This document shows positions 19,310-28,650 of a stretch of DNA of 64,000 nucleotides, piece after piece. This DNA is from an uncultured Mycoplasmatota bacterium (lineage in GTDB: Bacteria > Bacillota_I > Bacilli_A > RF39 > UBA660). The first letter of the stretch is position 1. Each line of letters starts with the position of its first letter. The stretch spans positions 3,050-67,049 of the forward strand of contig USGP01000005.1 of NCBI GenBank assembly GCA_900554315.1, read 5' to 3'. The notes beneath the pieces are model-generated. The model saw only the letters and a program-made list of their open reading frames with translations. It made no database searches and was not told where the DNA came from. Both the position numbers and the translations under genes were made by a program.

Positions 19310-20446
19310 ATGTTTTCTTCTATATTTGAACAAAAAGATGTTCAAGAGTTATTAGCGAAGGTTGCTTCCAATCCTATATATAATGATAAAAAGAAGAAAG
19401 ACTCTATTAATTATGAGAAGTTTTCAGGGTTAGAGCAAACTTATTTTTTGCTTTTTGATGCTTTATTTAAATATCAAATTATTATTGGAGATATAGATTT
19501 ACTTCCTGATTACGTTCATCATTTGGATTTGTTGTGGCATAAGATTGATAATTTTCATGATATTGGAAATGGTGTATCTAAAATATTAGTAAAATTTGTT
19601 TCTAAAAAGTTAGGTTATAAAACTAAAGTAGAAGAACATCGAAGAGAAATTTTAGAATATATTTATCATCAATATATTGAAGAAGGGTATTTATTTCATG
19701 GAGTTTCTTCTTGTTATGTAGATAGTATTCGTAGAGAAGGATTTACTCCACAAAAGTATGTGAACTATTATCCTAGATTTAAAGAATTACAAGAGAAATA
19801 TTCTTCCTTTTTAACAGATATTGATTTTTCACATCAGTATGTATCTTTTACTGATAATTTTGTAATGGCTTGTTATTATGCTACATATTCACCTATTTAT
19901 TTTTCTAATTTATTATGTCCGCCTACGAATAAAAAAGCAGATGTTAATAGTTATGCTAAAAGAGATTATATCGGTTGTTTTAAAGGGCTTCAACATATTT
20001 TAAAAGCGAAGGAAATTGATGAAGAAAGTAGTAGAAAAATAGAATTATTATGTAATGATGAATGGAAGTTGTTAAGACAAAATGAAGCTAAGCCTACTAT
20101 TATGATGGTTAAAAGAAGTGTTTTTTCTAAAAATCAGATTCAGGGTATTTATGAAATGATTTGTGATAAGAATACTGATATTGGGGAGTTGGCTGGTCAG
20201 ATTATGGACTATAAATATGATTCGTTGGCTTGGAATGAATATATTCCAGCTAATATGATTGAGTTTGTTACAATTCCTTATTCTGACTTTGTTGTAGAAA
20301 AAGAGACAGAGCATGTTGATGTAGTATTGCCTACTGTTCGACCTGAAGTTACACCTGAAGATGGAAAAGTTTCTTTCTTAGTTTTACTTGGTTCTGTTTT
20401 TATTTTATTAGGTGTTGTTATTAGTATTGTTATGTTGTATCAGTAG
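19310..20446 (+). CDS. Tail-anchored hypothetical protein with PARP-like H-Y-E motif set
   Basis: LFHGVSS..VDSIRREGF, QYVSFTDNFVMACYY and WNEYI blocks. C-terminal TM helix. GGGGTGG RBS. Confidence 0.65.
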   Translation: MFSSIFEQKDVQELLAKVASNPIYNDKKKKDSINYEKFSGLEQTYFLLFDALFKYQIIIGDIDLLPDYVHHLDLLWHKIDNFHDIGNGVSKILVKFVSKKLGYKTKVEEHRREILEYIYHQYIEEGYLFHGVSSCYVDSIRREGFTPQKYVNYYPRFKELQEKYSSFLTDIDFSHQYVSFTDNFVMACYYATYSPIYFSNLLCPPTNKKADVNSYAKRDYIGCFKGLQHILKAKEIDEESSRKIELLCNDEWKLLRQNEAKPTIMMVKRSVFSKNQIQGIYEMICDKNTDIGELAGQIMDYKYDSLAWNEYIPANMIEFVTIPYSDFVVEKETEHVDVVLPTVRPEVTPEDGKVSFLVLLGSVFILLGVVISIVMLYQ

Positions 20447-20457
20447 AGGTGATTATA

Positions 20458-21408
20458 ATGAATGATATTAGAATAGTTTTTATGGGAACTCCTGATTTTA
20501 GTGTTCCAGTTTTAGAAGGATTAATTGAACATTATCAAGTGGTAGGAGTTGTTTCTCAACCAGATCGTAGAGTTGGAAGAAAACAAGAAGTTGTTTTTAC
20601 TCCTGTAAAAGAAGTTGCTGTTAAACATCATATTCCGGTTTTTCAACCAGAAAAGATTCGAAAAGATTATGATGATATTTTAGCATTACATCCAGATATT
20701 ATTATTACTTGTGCTTATGGTCAGATTATTCCTAAAGCTATTTTAGATTATCCTAAATATGGATGTATTAATGTTCATGCTTCTTTACTTCCTAAATTAA
20801 GAGGTGGAGCTCCATTACATCATTGTATTATAGATGGATATGATAAGACTGGTGTTACTATTATGTATATGGATGAAGCTATGGATAGTGGAGATATTAT
20901 TTCTCAAAAGGAGACTCCTATTACTGATCAAGACACTATGGAGAGTATTCATGATAGACTTCGTGTTATGGGAAGAGATTTATTATTAGAAACATTGCCA
21001 TCTATTTTGAATGGTACTGCTACTCGAATGAAACAAAATGAAGACGAAGTTACTTATGCTTACAATATTAAAAGAGAAGAGGAATATTTAGACTTTACTA
21101 AGACAAGTAGAGAATTATTTAATCAAATCCGTGGACTTTCTCCTATTCCTGGTAGTTCTTGTACTATAGGAGATAAAGATTTTAAAGTTTACATGGCAAG
21201 AATAGAAAAGGTAGATACCAGTAAAAAGATACCAGGGGAAGTTTTACATATATATAAAGATGGTATTGGTATCGCGACAAAAGATTATGAAATTGTTCTT
21301 ACGGATATTAAACCATCAGGAAAAAGAAGGATGCTTGCTAGTAGTTACGTTAACGGTATTCATAAAGAAGATTTTATTGGGAAGGTAGCTTATGGATGGA
21401 AAGAATAA
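20458..21408 (+). CDS. fmt: Methionyl-tRNA formyltransferase
   Basis: IVFMGTPDF, NVHASLLPKLRGGAPL and the C-terminal domain. Confidence 0.93.
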   Translation: MNDIRIVFMGTPDFSVPVLEGLIEHYQVVGVVSQPDRRVGRKQEVVFTPVKEVAVKHHIPVFQPEKIRKDYDDILALHPDIIITCAYGQIIPKAILDYPKYGCINVHASLLPKLRGGAPLHHCIIDGYDKTGVTIMYMDEAMDSGDIISQKETPITDQDTMESIHDRLRVMGRDLLLETLPSILNGTATRMKQNEDEVTYAYNIKREEEYLDFTKTSRELFNQIRGLSPIPGSSCTIGDKDFKVYMARIEKVDTSKKIPGEVLHIYKDGIGIATKDYEIVLTDIKPSGKRRMLASSYVNGIHKEDFIGKVAYGWKE

Positions 21409-22105
21409 AGTAGATTCTGAACAAATTATGAATTTTTTAAAAACTCCTAGAGGAAAAGCTGTTCTTTTCTTTGGAATTTATTTGATTTTTTTTCTTATTT
21501 TAGGAGTTGCTGCTCATGCAAATGGTCAGGGAGATGTTATTGGTAGTACAGATTTAAAGTTAGATTCTCCATCTTATAATATTTCATCTATTCAAAAAGG
21601 TAACTTTGAGTTTTCTTATCAATATAATATCGATGGGGTAGTTACTACTTATAGTGGAACAAAAAATGATAATAAATCTTTATTTAGTGATGGTGTAACT
21701 CAATATTTTCAAAACGATGATTTATATATGAGGAATCAAGATGGTGTTTGGGTAAAATGTGATAATCCTTATCCATTATCTGCTTTAGTAGAATATTCTA
21801 CAATTACTAAAATTTTAAATCAAGCTACTTATGTTTCTAAAACAGAATTAGCAACAGGAGAAAAAACTTTAAGTTATCAAGTTACATCTACTACTTTAGT
21901 AAAAATATTAGAAGGATTGGATGTTGATTTAGATGATCCTGTTAATACTATAGAGTTGACATTGAATAAAGGTGGAGAAGTTGTTGGAATTTCTTATGAT
22001 GTCAGTAGTTATGCTAAATATAGGGGACTTGCTATGAATCAATATCAAATTACTTTAACATACTCTAATTTTGGAAAAGTAGAAGAGATTGAAAATCCAG
22101 TTTAA
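21392..22105 (+). CDS. Hypothetical N-terminally anchored extracytoplasmic protein
   Basis: TM helix at residues about 24-42, then a soluble domain of about 190 aa. GGAAGG RBS. Overlaps the fmt stop. Confidence 0.6.
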   Translation: MDGKNKVDSEQIMNFLKTPRGKAVLFFGIYLIFFLILGVAAHANGQGDVIGSTDLKLDSPSYNISSIQKGNFEFSYQYNIDGVVTTYSGTKNDNKSLFSDGVTQYFQNDDLYMRNQDGVWVKCDNPYPLSALVEYSTITKILNQATYVSKTELATGEKTLSYQVTSTTLVKILEGLDVDLDDPVNTIELTLNKGGEVVGISYDVSSYAKYRGLAMNQYQITLTYSNFGKVEEIENPV

Positions 22106-22131
22106 AAGAAGACTTATTTGGTCTTCTTTTT
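22104..22131 (+). terminator. Rho-independent terminator
   Basis: aaagaagac/gtcttcttt stem followed by a T-run. Confidence 0.8.
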
Positions 22132-22186
22132 GTTATAGTGTTTTTTTACAGTAATTGTTGTATAATATAGATATTGGAGTGATTCG

Positions 22187-23206
22187 ATGAATATATATAA
22201 TTTAACTAGAGAAAAACTAGAAGAATATTTTGTTAATCATGGTTCTAAGAAGTTTCATGCAGATCAATTGTTTTCGTGGTTATATGAAAAGAGAATTTCT
22301 TCTGTTTTAGAAATTACAGATATTAAAAAAGAAATGTTAGAACAATTATCTAAAGACTTTTCTTTTTCTAAATTGAGACTTATTACTGTAGAGAAAGATG
22401 TTGATGTTTGCAAATATTTATTTGAACTTGAGGATGGGGAACATATTGAAGCGGTTTTGATGAAGCATGATTATGGAAATAGTGTTTGTGTGTCTAGTCA
22501 AGTTGGTTGTAATATGGGGTGTAAGTTTTGTGAGTCTGGTAGAAGAAAGAAAGTTCGTAATTTAGAGACTTATGAAATGGTTACACAAATCCTTATGATA
22601 GAGGAAGATTTAGGTGAGAGAATTAGTCATGTTGTTGTAATGGGAATTGGGGAACCTTTTGATAATTATGATAATTTACTTGATTTTTTACGAATTATAA
22701 ACCATCCTAAAGGACTTGCTATTGGTGCTCGTCATATTACAGTTTCTACTTGTGGAATTGTACCCAAAATATTAGAATTTAGTGATTTTCCACTTCAGAT
22801 TAATTTAGCAATTAGTCTTCATGCACCTAATGATGAACTTAGAAATAAGATTATGCCTATTAATAAAGCGTATCCTTTAAAAGAGTTGATTTCTGCTTTA
22901 GAAGTGTATTTAAAAAAGACGAATCGTCGTATTACTTTTGAGTATATTATGTTAGCTGGTGTTAATGATAGTGTTGAATGTGCTAAAGAATTAGTGGATT
23001 TAGTAGGTCATCTAAACTGTTATGTTAATTTAATTCCTTATAATGAGACAAATAATTTGGAATTTAAGAGAAGTAATACTGTTCAAATTATGAAGTTTTA
23101 TGATATACTTAAGAAGAATAGGCTTGGTGTCACAATCAGGAGAGAATTTGGTAGCAAAATTAGTGCTGCTTGTGGACAACTTAGAAGTAAGAAGGAGGAG
23201 TTATGA
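22187..23206 (+). CDS. rlmN: 23S rRNA/tRNA A2503 C2-methyltransferase (radical SAM)
   Basis: CNMGCKFC cluster, MGIGEP motif, and C-terminal GSKISAACGQL. Confidence 0.92.
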   Translation: MNIYNLTREKLEEYFVNHGSKKFHADQLFSWLYEKRISSVLEITDIKKEMLEQLSKDFSFSKLRLITVEKDVDVCKYLFELEDGEHIEAVLMKHDYGNSVCVSSQVGCNMGCKFCESGRRKKVRNLETYEMVTQILMIEEDLGERISHVVVMGIGEPFDNYDNLLDFLRIINHPKGLAIGARHITVSTCGIVPKILEFSDFPLQINLAISLHAPNDELRNKIMPINKAYPLKELISALEVYLKKTNRRITFEYIMLAGVNDSVECAKELVDLVGHLNCYVNLIPYNETNNLEFKRSNTVQIMKFYDILKKNRLGVTIRREFGSKISAACGQLRSKKEEL

Positions 23207-23946
23207 AATCTTTTTATTTAACAGATGCTGGAAAAGTTCGTAGTCATAATGAAGATAGCGTAATTATTGTTAAAAATCAAAATGATGACTACTTAATGGC
23301 TATTGCAGATGGAATGGGGGGACATTCTGCTGGAGAAGTTGCTAGTTCTATTGCGATAGGTTATTTAGGAAAGTATTTTAAAGAAACGTTTTTAAATATG
23401 AGCAAAGTAGATGCTGTTAATTGGATTCGAGATGCATTTAGTGAGATTAATACGCTTATTTTTCAACATGAGAAAACACATCCTGAGAGTAAAGGAATGG
23501 GTACTACTTTAGTACTTGCTATTTTGACAAAAGATTATTTATTATTTGGTAATGTAGGAGATTCTAGTGGCTTCGTTATGAAAGATGATAAACTTCATAA
23601 GGTTACCTATGATCATACCTTAGTTAATTTGTTAGTTAGTGCGGGTGAACTTACCAAAGAAGAAGCTAGTGTTCACCCTAAAAAGAATGTACTTATGAAG
23701 GCACTTGGTGCTGCTACTTCTGTAGAAGTTGATATTTTTGATTGTGATATGGATATTACGGAAATTCTTCTTTCTAGTGATGGGCTTACTAATATGTTAG
23801 ATAAAGATCAAATAGAAAAAGTATTACTTAGTGATTTAGATGTAGAAGATAAAGTAATTCGATTAATACAGAAAGCGAATAATCGTGGGGGTACAGATAA
23901 TATTTCGGTTGCTTATTTAGTTCGTGATGAGGAAGGTGACGAATGA
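23203..23946 (+). CDS. prpC: PP2C-family Ser/Thr phosphatase
   Basis: NEDS...ADGMGGH...GMGTT...SDGL...GGTDNIS motifs. Confidence 0.9.
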   Translation: MKSFYLTDAGKVRSHNEDSVIIVKNQNDDYLMAIADGMGGHSAGEVASSIAIGYLGKYFKETFLNMSKVDAVNWIRDAFSEINTLIFQHEKTHPESKGMGTTLVLAILTKDYLLFGNVGDSSGFVMKDDKLHKVTYDHTLVNLLVSAGELTKEEASVHPKKNVLMKALGAATSVEVDIFDCDMDITEILLSSDGLTNMLDKDQIEKVLLSDLDVEDKVIRLIQKANNRGGTDNISVAYLVRDEEGDE

Positions 23947-25742
23947 TGATTACAAAGGGGCAAAAGATAAATGATCGTTACGAGATTATTCGTTCTATTG
24001 GTGAAGGTGGTATGGCCAATGTTTATCTTGGCTATGATACAATACTAGATCGTAATGTTGCTATTAAGATTTTGCGTGGGGATTTGTCTACAGATGAAAA
24101 GTTTGTTAGACGTTTTCAACGTGAGGCGTTGTCGGCTTCTAGTTTGGCTCATCCTAATATTGTTGAGATGTATGATGTAGGGGAAGATAATGGAATTTAT
24201 TATATTGTTATGGAGTATGTTGAAGGTAAAACGTTAAAGCAATTACTTAAGAAACGTGGTAGTTTGACTTTATCTGAAGCTATTGACATTATGTTGCAAC
24301 TTACTGATGGTATGGCTCATGCTCATGATTCTTATATTATTCATAGAGATTTGAAACCTCAAAATATTATGATTAAGGATGATGGACAAATCAAGATAAC
24401 AGATTTTGGTATTGCTATGGCTTTAAATGCTACCCAACTTACACAGACTAATTCTGTAATGGGGTCTGTTCATTATTTACCACCAGAACAAGCTAGTGGA
24501 AAGGGTTCTACCATTAAAAGTGATATTTATTCTATGGGAATTATTTTTTATGAACTACTTACTGGTAGTTTACCATTTAAAGGAGATAATGCTGTAGAGA
24601 TTGCTTTAAAGCACATGAGAGACCCACTTCCTAGTGTTAGAGAGGATAATCCATCTATTCCACAAAGCATTGAAAATATTATTATGAAAGCGACCGCTAA
24701 GAATCCTAAGAATCGATATGATGATGCTAGACAAATGCATGAGGATTTATTAACGGCATTGGATGATGATCGTATTAATGAACCTCCATATAAATATCCA
24801 TATCCTGAACATGAAAATGATAATACTAAGAATTTGAAAAAAATTGAGGATTTGGAGAAAAATGAGGATGATGATGAAGATCCTATTGCTACTAAGATAG
24901 AGGATAATGGGGATAAAAAACGTAAAAAAATTATTATTATTTTAGCTGTTGTTTTTGCTGTTTTAGTTTTAGGTATTATTACTGTTGCCTTTATAATTCC
25001 AGCAGTAACAGCTAATAAAAATGTTGTTGTTCCTGATTGTCAAGGAATGACGGTTAATAAGTGTGAAAGAAAATTACAAGATGCTGGATTAGAAGTTAGA
25101 ACTAAAATTAAAGAAGTTGCTTCTGAAAAAGTGAAGAAAGGTAGAGTTGTAAAAACAGATCCTGCTAAAGGCAGAAGTATTAAAGAAGGTACTATGGTTA
25201 CTATTTATCGTTCTACTGGAGAAGAAACTTTTGAGATTGAAGATTATACCGGACAGAACTTTATTGAAGTTCAAACAATTTTAGAAACTCAATATGGATT
25301 AGATGTTAGTGTTGAAAAACGTGATGTGGATGCTAGTGATAGAGAATATGATGAACAAGAAATTATTGGTCAATCTTTAGCTGCTGGTAGTGAGGTTAAA
25401 GAAGGAGATTCTATTATTTTATATATTCCAAATATTGTGGAAGTCTTCCCTAGTATGGTAGATGAAGGATGGAGTTTAGCTGATGCAGAAGCTTTCTGTG
25501 ATAAATACGGATTAACAATTCAAGTAAAATATCAAGAAACGACTGGTTATGACGAAGGGAAAATTATAGATCAATCTAGAGCTGCAGGAAGTCCTATTGT
25601 TAAAGGACAAACTCTTACTGTAACGATTGCTCAAAAACCAAAAGAACAATCTAAACCATCTACACCTTCTACAGATGATACTGAAGAGGATGAGGAGGGT
25701 TCTTCTACTACAACACCTACTACACCAACAACGACACGATAG
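23943..25742 (+). CDS. prkC: PASTA-domain Ser/Thr kinase
   Basis: Hanks kinase motifs (GEGGMANVY, HRDLKPQN, DFGIA), a TM helix, three PASTA-like repeats and a T/P-rich tail. Confidence 0.92.
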   Translation: MMITKGQKINDRYEIIRSIGEGGMANVYLGYDTILDRNVAIKILRGDLSTDEKFVRRFQREALSASSLAHPNIVEMYDVGEDNGIYYIVMEYVEGKTLKQLLKKRGSLTLSEAIDIMLQLTDGMAHAHDSYIIHRDLKPQNIMIKDDGQIKITDFGIAMALNATQLTQTNSVMGSVHYLPPEQASGKGSTIKSDIYSMGIIFYELLTGSLPFKGDNAVEIALKHMRDPLPSVREDNPSIPQSIENIIMKATAKNPKNRYDDARQMHEDLLTALDDDRINEPPYKYPYPEHENDNTKNLKKIEDLEKNEDDDEDPIATKIEDNGDKKRKKIIIILAVVFAVLVLGIITVAFIIPAVTANKNVVVPDCQGMTVNKCERKLQDAGLEVRTKIKEVASEKVKKGRVVKTDPAKGRSIKEGTMVTIYRSTGEETFEIEDYTGQNFIEVQTILETQYGLDVSVEKRDVDASDREYDEQEIIGQSLAAGSEVKEGDSIILYIPNIVEVFPSMVDEGWSLADAEAFCDKYGLTIQVKYQETTGYDEGKIIDQSRAAGSPIVKGQTLTVTIAQKPKEQSKPSTPSTDDTEEDEEGSSTTTPTTPTTTR

Positions 25743-25751
25743 GGGGATTAT

Positions 25752-26591
25752 ATGAAAGGACAGATTGTAAAAATTCATAGTGATTTACATTATGTACAAG
25801 CAGATAATCAGGTTTATCCTTGTAAATGTAGAGGTGTGTTTCGTAAAGAAAAAATTCTTCCTTTAGTTGGAGACTATGTAGAATTTGATGATAAGAAAAA
25901 AGTGATTGAAAAAATTTTACCAAGGAAAAATGAATTTTATCGTCCTAAGGTTAGTAATATAGATCAAGCTTTTTTAATTACTAGTTTGGTCTCTCCTGAT
26001 TTTTCTTTGAATTTATTAGACAAATTACTTGTTCTTATGGAGTTACATTCTGTTCGTCCTATTATATGTATTACAAAAAAAGATTTGGTTTCTAGTGATT
26101 TTTCAGAAATAAAAGAAATTTTATCTTATTATGAAAGTATTGGATATCAAGTTGTTTATAATACAGATTTGGATATCATTAAAAAATTATTAAAAGATAA
26201 GACAAGTGTTTTTACAGGACAAACTGGTGCTGGTAAAAGTACTTTGTTAAATAAGTTGAATCCTAATTGGAATTTGGAAACTGGAGAGGTATCTATTGCT
26301 TTAGGACGTGGTAGACATACAACTAGAGTAGTTACTTTATATGAATTATTTGGTGGTAAAGTTATGGACACTCCTGGATTTTCAGCATTGGATTTCCATG
26401 GATATTCGAAAGAAGAGATTCGTGATGCTTTTGTAGAGTTCAAAAGATATCCATGTCCATTTAAGGATTGTTTGCATACGAAAGAAAAAGAATGTGAAGT
26501 AAAAAGAGCAGTTTCTTCTAATAATATAATGAAGAGTAGATATCAAAATTATCTTAGTTTTATTGGAGAGGATGATTCTTATGAAAGTTAG
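25752..26591 (+). CDS. rsgA: Ribosome small-subunit biogenesis GTPase
   Basis: Circularly permuted GTPase (TKKD, GQTGAGKSTL) and a C-terminal zinc motif C..C.H....C. Confidence 0.9.
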   Translation: MKGQIVKIHSDLHYVQADNQVYPCKCRGVFRKEKILPLVGDYVEFDDKKKVIEKILPRKNEFYRPKVSNIDQAFLITSLVSPDFSLNLLDKLLVLMELHSVRPIICITKKDLVSSDFSEIKEILSYYESIGYQVVYNTDLDIIKKLLKDKTSVFTGQTGAGKSTLLNKLNPNWNLETGEVSIALGRGRHTTRVVTLYELFGGKVMDTPGFSALDFHGYSKEEIRDAFVEFKRYPCPFKDCLHTKEKECEVKRAVSSNNIMKSRYQNYLSFIGEDDSYES

Positions 26592-27207
26592 TGCTTCTTT
26601 TTTAAGTAGTTCTAATATTCCTGTTGATTTAAAACGATTAAATGAAACTGATGTTGATTATATTCATGTAGATGTTATGGATGGTAAGTTTGTCCCAAAT
26701 AAGACAATGCCATTTAGTGAAATGAAAAATATTTATAAATATACAGATAAACGATTAGATGTTCATTTAATGGTTGAAGATCCAAGTAAGTATATTCCTT
26801 TATATGCTGAATTAAATACTGAGTACATTACATTTCATGTGGAAACTATAGATCATATTGAGGAAAATTTGGAATTAATAAAAAGTTTTGGTATTAAGTG
26901 TGGGTTAGCAATAAAACCTGATACTCCAGTAAAAAGCTTAGTCCCTTATTTACCTCTTTTGGATTTAATTTTAGTTATGAGTGTTGAGCCTGGTCAAGGT
27001 GGACAAGAATTTATTCCTTTGTCAGAAGCTAAAATTATGGAAGCAAGGGCATTAGTAGAATCTTACCATTCTAAGGCTTTGATTAATGTAGATGGCGGAG
27101 TTGATAATAAAACAAAGAAAATGTGTCAAGATTGTGATATATTGACATCTGGAAGTTATATTATAAAAGCAAAGTCTTTTCAAAATCAAATTGATAGTTT
27201 AAGATAA
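26581..27207 (+). CDS. rpe: Ribulose-phosphate 3-epimerase
   Basis: HVDVMDG, DVHLMV, VMSVEPGQGGQ and VDGG motifs. Confidence 0.92.
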   Translation: MKVSASFLSSSNIPVDLKRLNETDVDYIHVDVMDGKFVPNKTMPFSEMKNIYKYTDKRLDVHLMVEDPSKYIPLYAELNTEYITFHVETIDHIEENLELIKSFGIKCGLAIKPDTPVKSLVPYLPLLDLILVMSVEPGQGGQEFIPLSEAKIMEARALVESYHSKALINVDGGVDNKTKKMCQDCDILTSGSYIIKAKSFQNQIDSLR

Positions 27208-27227
27208 GAATAATTGGGGTGATAAAT

Positions 27228-28640
27228 ATGGATGAACAAAAGCCAGTTGTTAATACTGATAAAGATGTTGTTTCGTCAGAAGATGTTTTAGCAGTTATTA
27301 ATGGTAATCAGGAGGTTTTACAACAACAGATGGAGAAGGCTAAGGAGCTTTCTGCACAAGATGCTTCTATGAATTCTTTGTCTATTGATCAACAAAAGAG
27401 ATTGATGGATGAGCAAAAGAAAAAAGCAGAAGAGGAAGCACGCTTGGCTGCTGAAAGACAGAAAGCTGCGGAAGAAGAGGCTTATCAAAAATTATCTCCT
27501 AAAGAGAGGAGAAAGTATGATAAAGAAAAAGCTAAAAGAGCAAAAGAAGAAGCAAAACGTCAAAAGCAATTAGCACGTAAAGCTGGAAAAAATGTTGCGG
27601 TTGTTGCTAGGCCTGAACCAGCTCCGGTATCCACTTTGGCTACGACACCAGTCTCTAATAATATTACGGCAACAGCTGATGTAAGTGCTACTTCTCCTAT
27701 GGCGTCTAATACCAATGCTTCTTCTACTAATGTTGCAGAAACCCCTTTGACATCTATAGGAAATACTAATTCAAGTGTTGCAGTAACACAATCAAATCCT
27801 GTTCAATCTGCTGCACCAGTATCTAACAATTCAACTCCAGTATCAACACCAACAGCTACCTCCGGTTCTGCACAACCAGTGGTATCAGCTCCTAATGCAG
27901 TTTCTTCTACAACATCAGGAACTTCTAATTCTGGAGAAACTACACCAGTTGCTTCTAGTTCTCCAATAACTGCTGCAACTACTACAACTGTAGATAGTTC
28001 TGGTACTACTTCTGAAACTACTCCAGCACCTGATACTACATCTACTGATACCAAAGAAGAAGGTAAAGGTGGAAAAAAGAGAAAGAAGAAAGAAAGTAAT
28101 TTAAAATATTATTTAACTTTTATCTTTTTGGCTTTACTAATATGGATGATTGTTTTTTTACCGGATATTAGTAATTTTGTATCTAATTATTTACAGAAGA
28201 AACAACAAGAAGCTCAACCTGAAATTACTACTGGTAAGTTAGTTTGCGAAATGAATACTAATGATGCTACATTAGATTATAATTATAAAGCTGTTTTTGA
28301 TTTTGAGGATAGCTTAATGAAAAAATTAACTTATACTACGACTGTGAAAGGTGATCCAAGTTTGGATGCCGTTGCTTTGTCGGGAATGGATTCATCTTGT
28401 AATCTATTACAAACACATGTTCTTAATATGAATGGTGTTGAGGTTAATTGTGATTTACAAGAAGGTACTTTTGTTAATGAACAAATCTTAGATTATGAAT
28501 TGATTAATCGTGAGGAGTTAACTACGGCTTATTTAGAAGCTGGTGGTACTTATCCAGATTATCAATATAATCAGTATATTGATGAAATAGAAAAGCAAAT
28601 GAATGCAAGTAATTATACTTGTAAGAAAGAAAGTAGTTGA
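27228..28640 (+). CDS. Bitopic membrane protein: K/E-rich coil, S/T/P/A low-complexity tail, TM helix, four-Cys C-terminal domain
   Basis: No signal peptide. KGGKKRKKKES precedes the single TM helix. Paralog of the next gene. Confidence 0.65.
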   Translation: MDEQKPVVNTDKDVVSSEDVLAVINGNQEVLQQQMEKAKELSAQDASMNSLSIDQQKRLMDEQKKKAEEEARLAAERQKAAEEEAYQKLSPKERRKYDKEKAKRAKEEAKRQKQLARKAGKNVAVVARPEPAPVSTLATTPVSNNITATADVSATSPMASNTNASSTNVAETPLTSIGNTNSSVAVTQSNPVQSAAPVSNNSTPVSTPTATSGSAQPVVSAPNAVSSTTSGTSNSGETTPVASSSPITAATTTTVDSSGTTSETTPAPDTTSTDTKEEGKGGKKRKKKESNLKYYLTFIFLALLIWMIVFLPDISNFVSNYLQKKQQEAQPEITTGKLVCEMNTNDATLDYNYKAVFDFEDSLMKKLTYTTTVKGDPSLDAVALSGMDSSCNLLQTHVLNMNGVEVNCDLQEGTFVNEQILDYELINREELTTAYLEAGGTYPDYQYNQYIDEIEKQMNASNYTCKKESS

Positions 28641-28650
28641 GGTGATTAAA

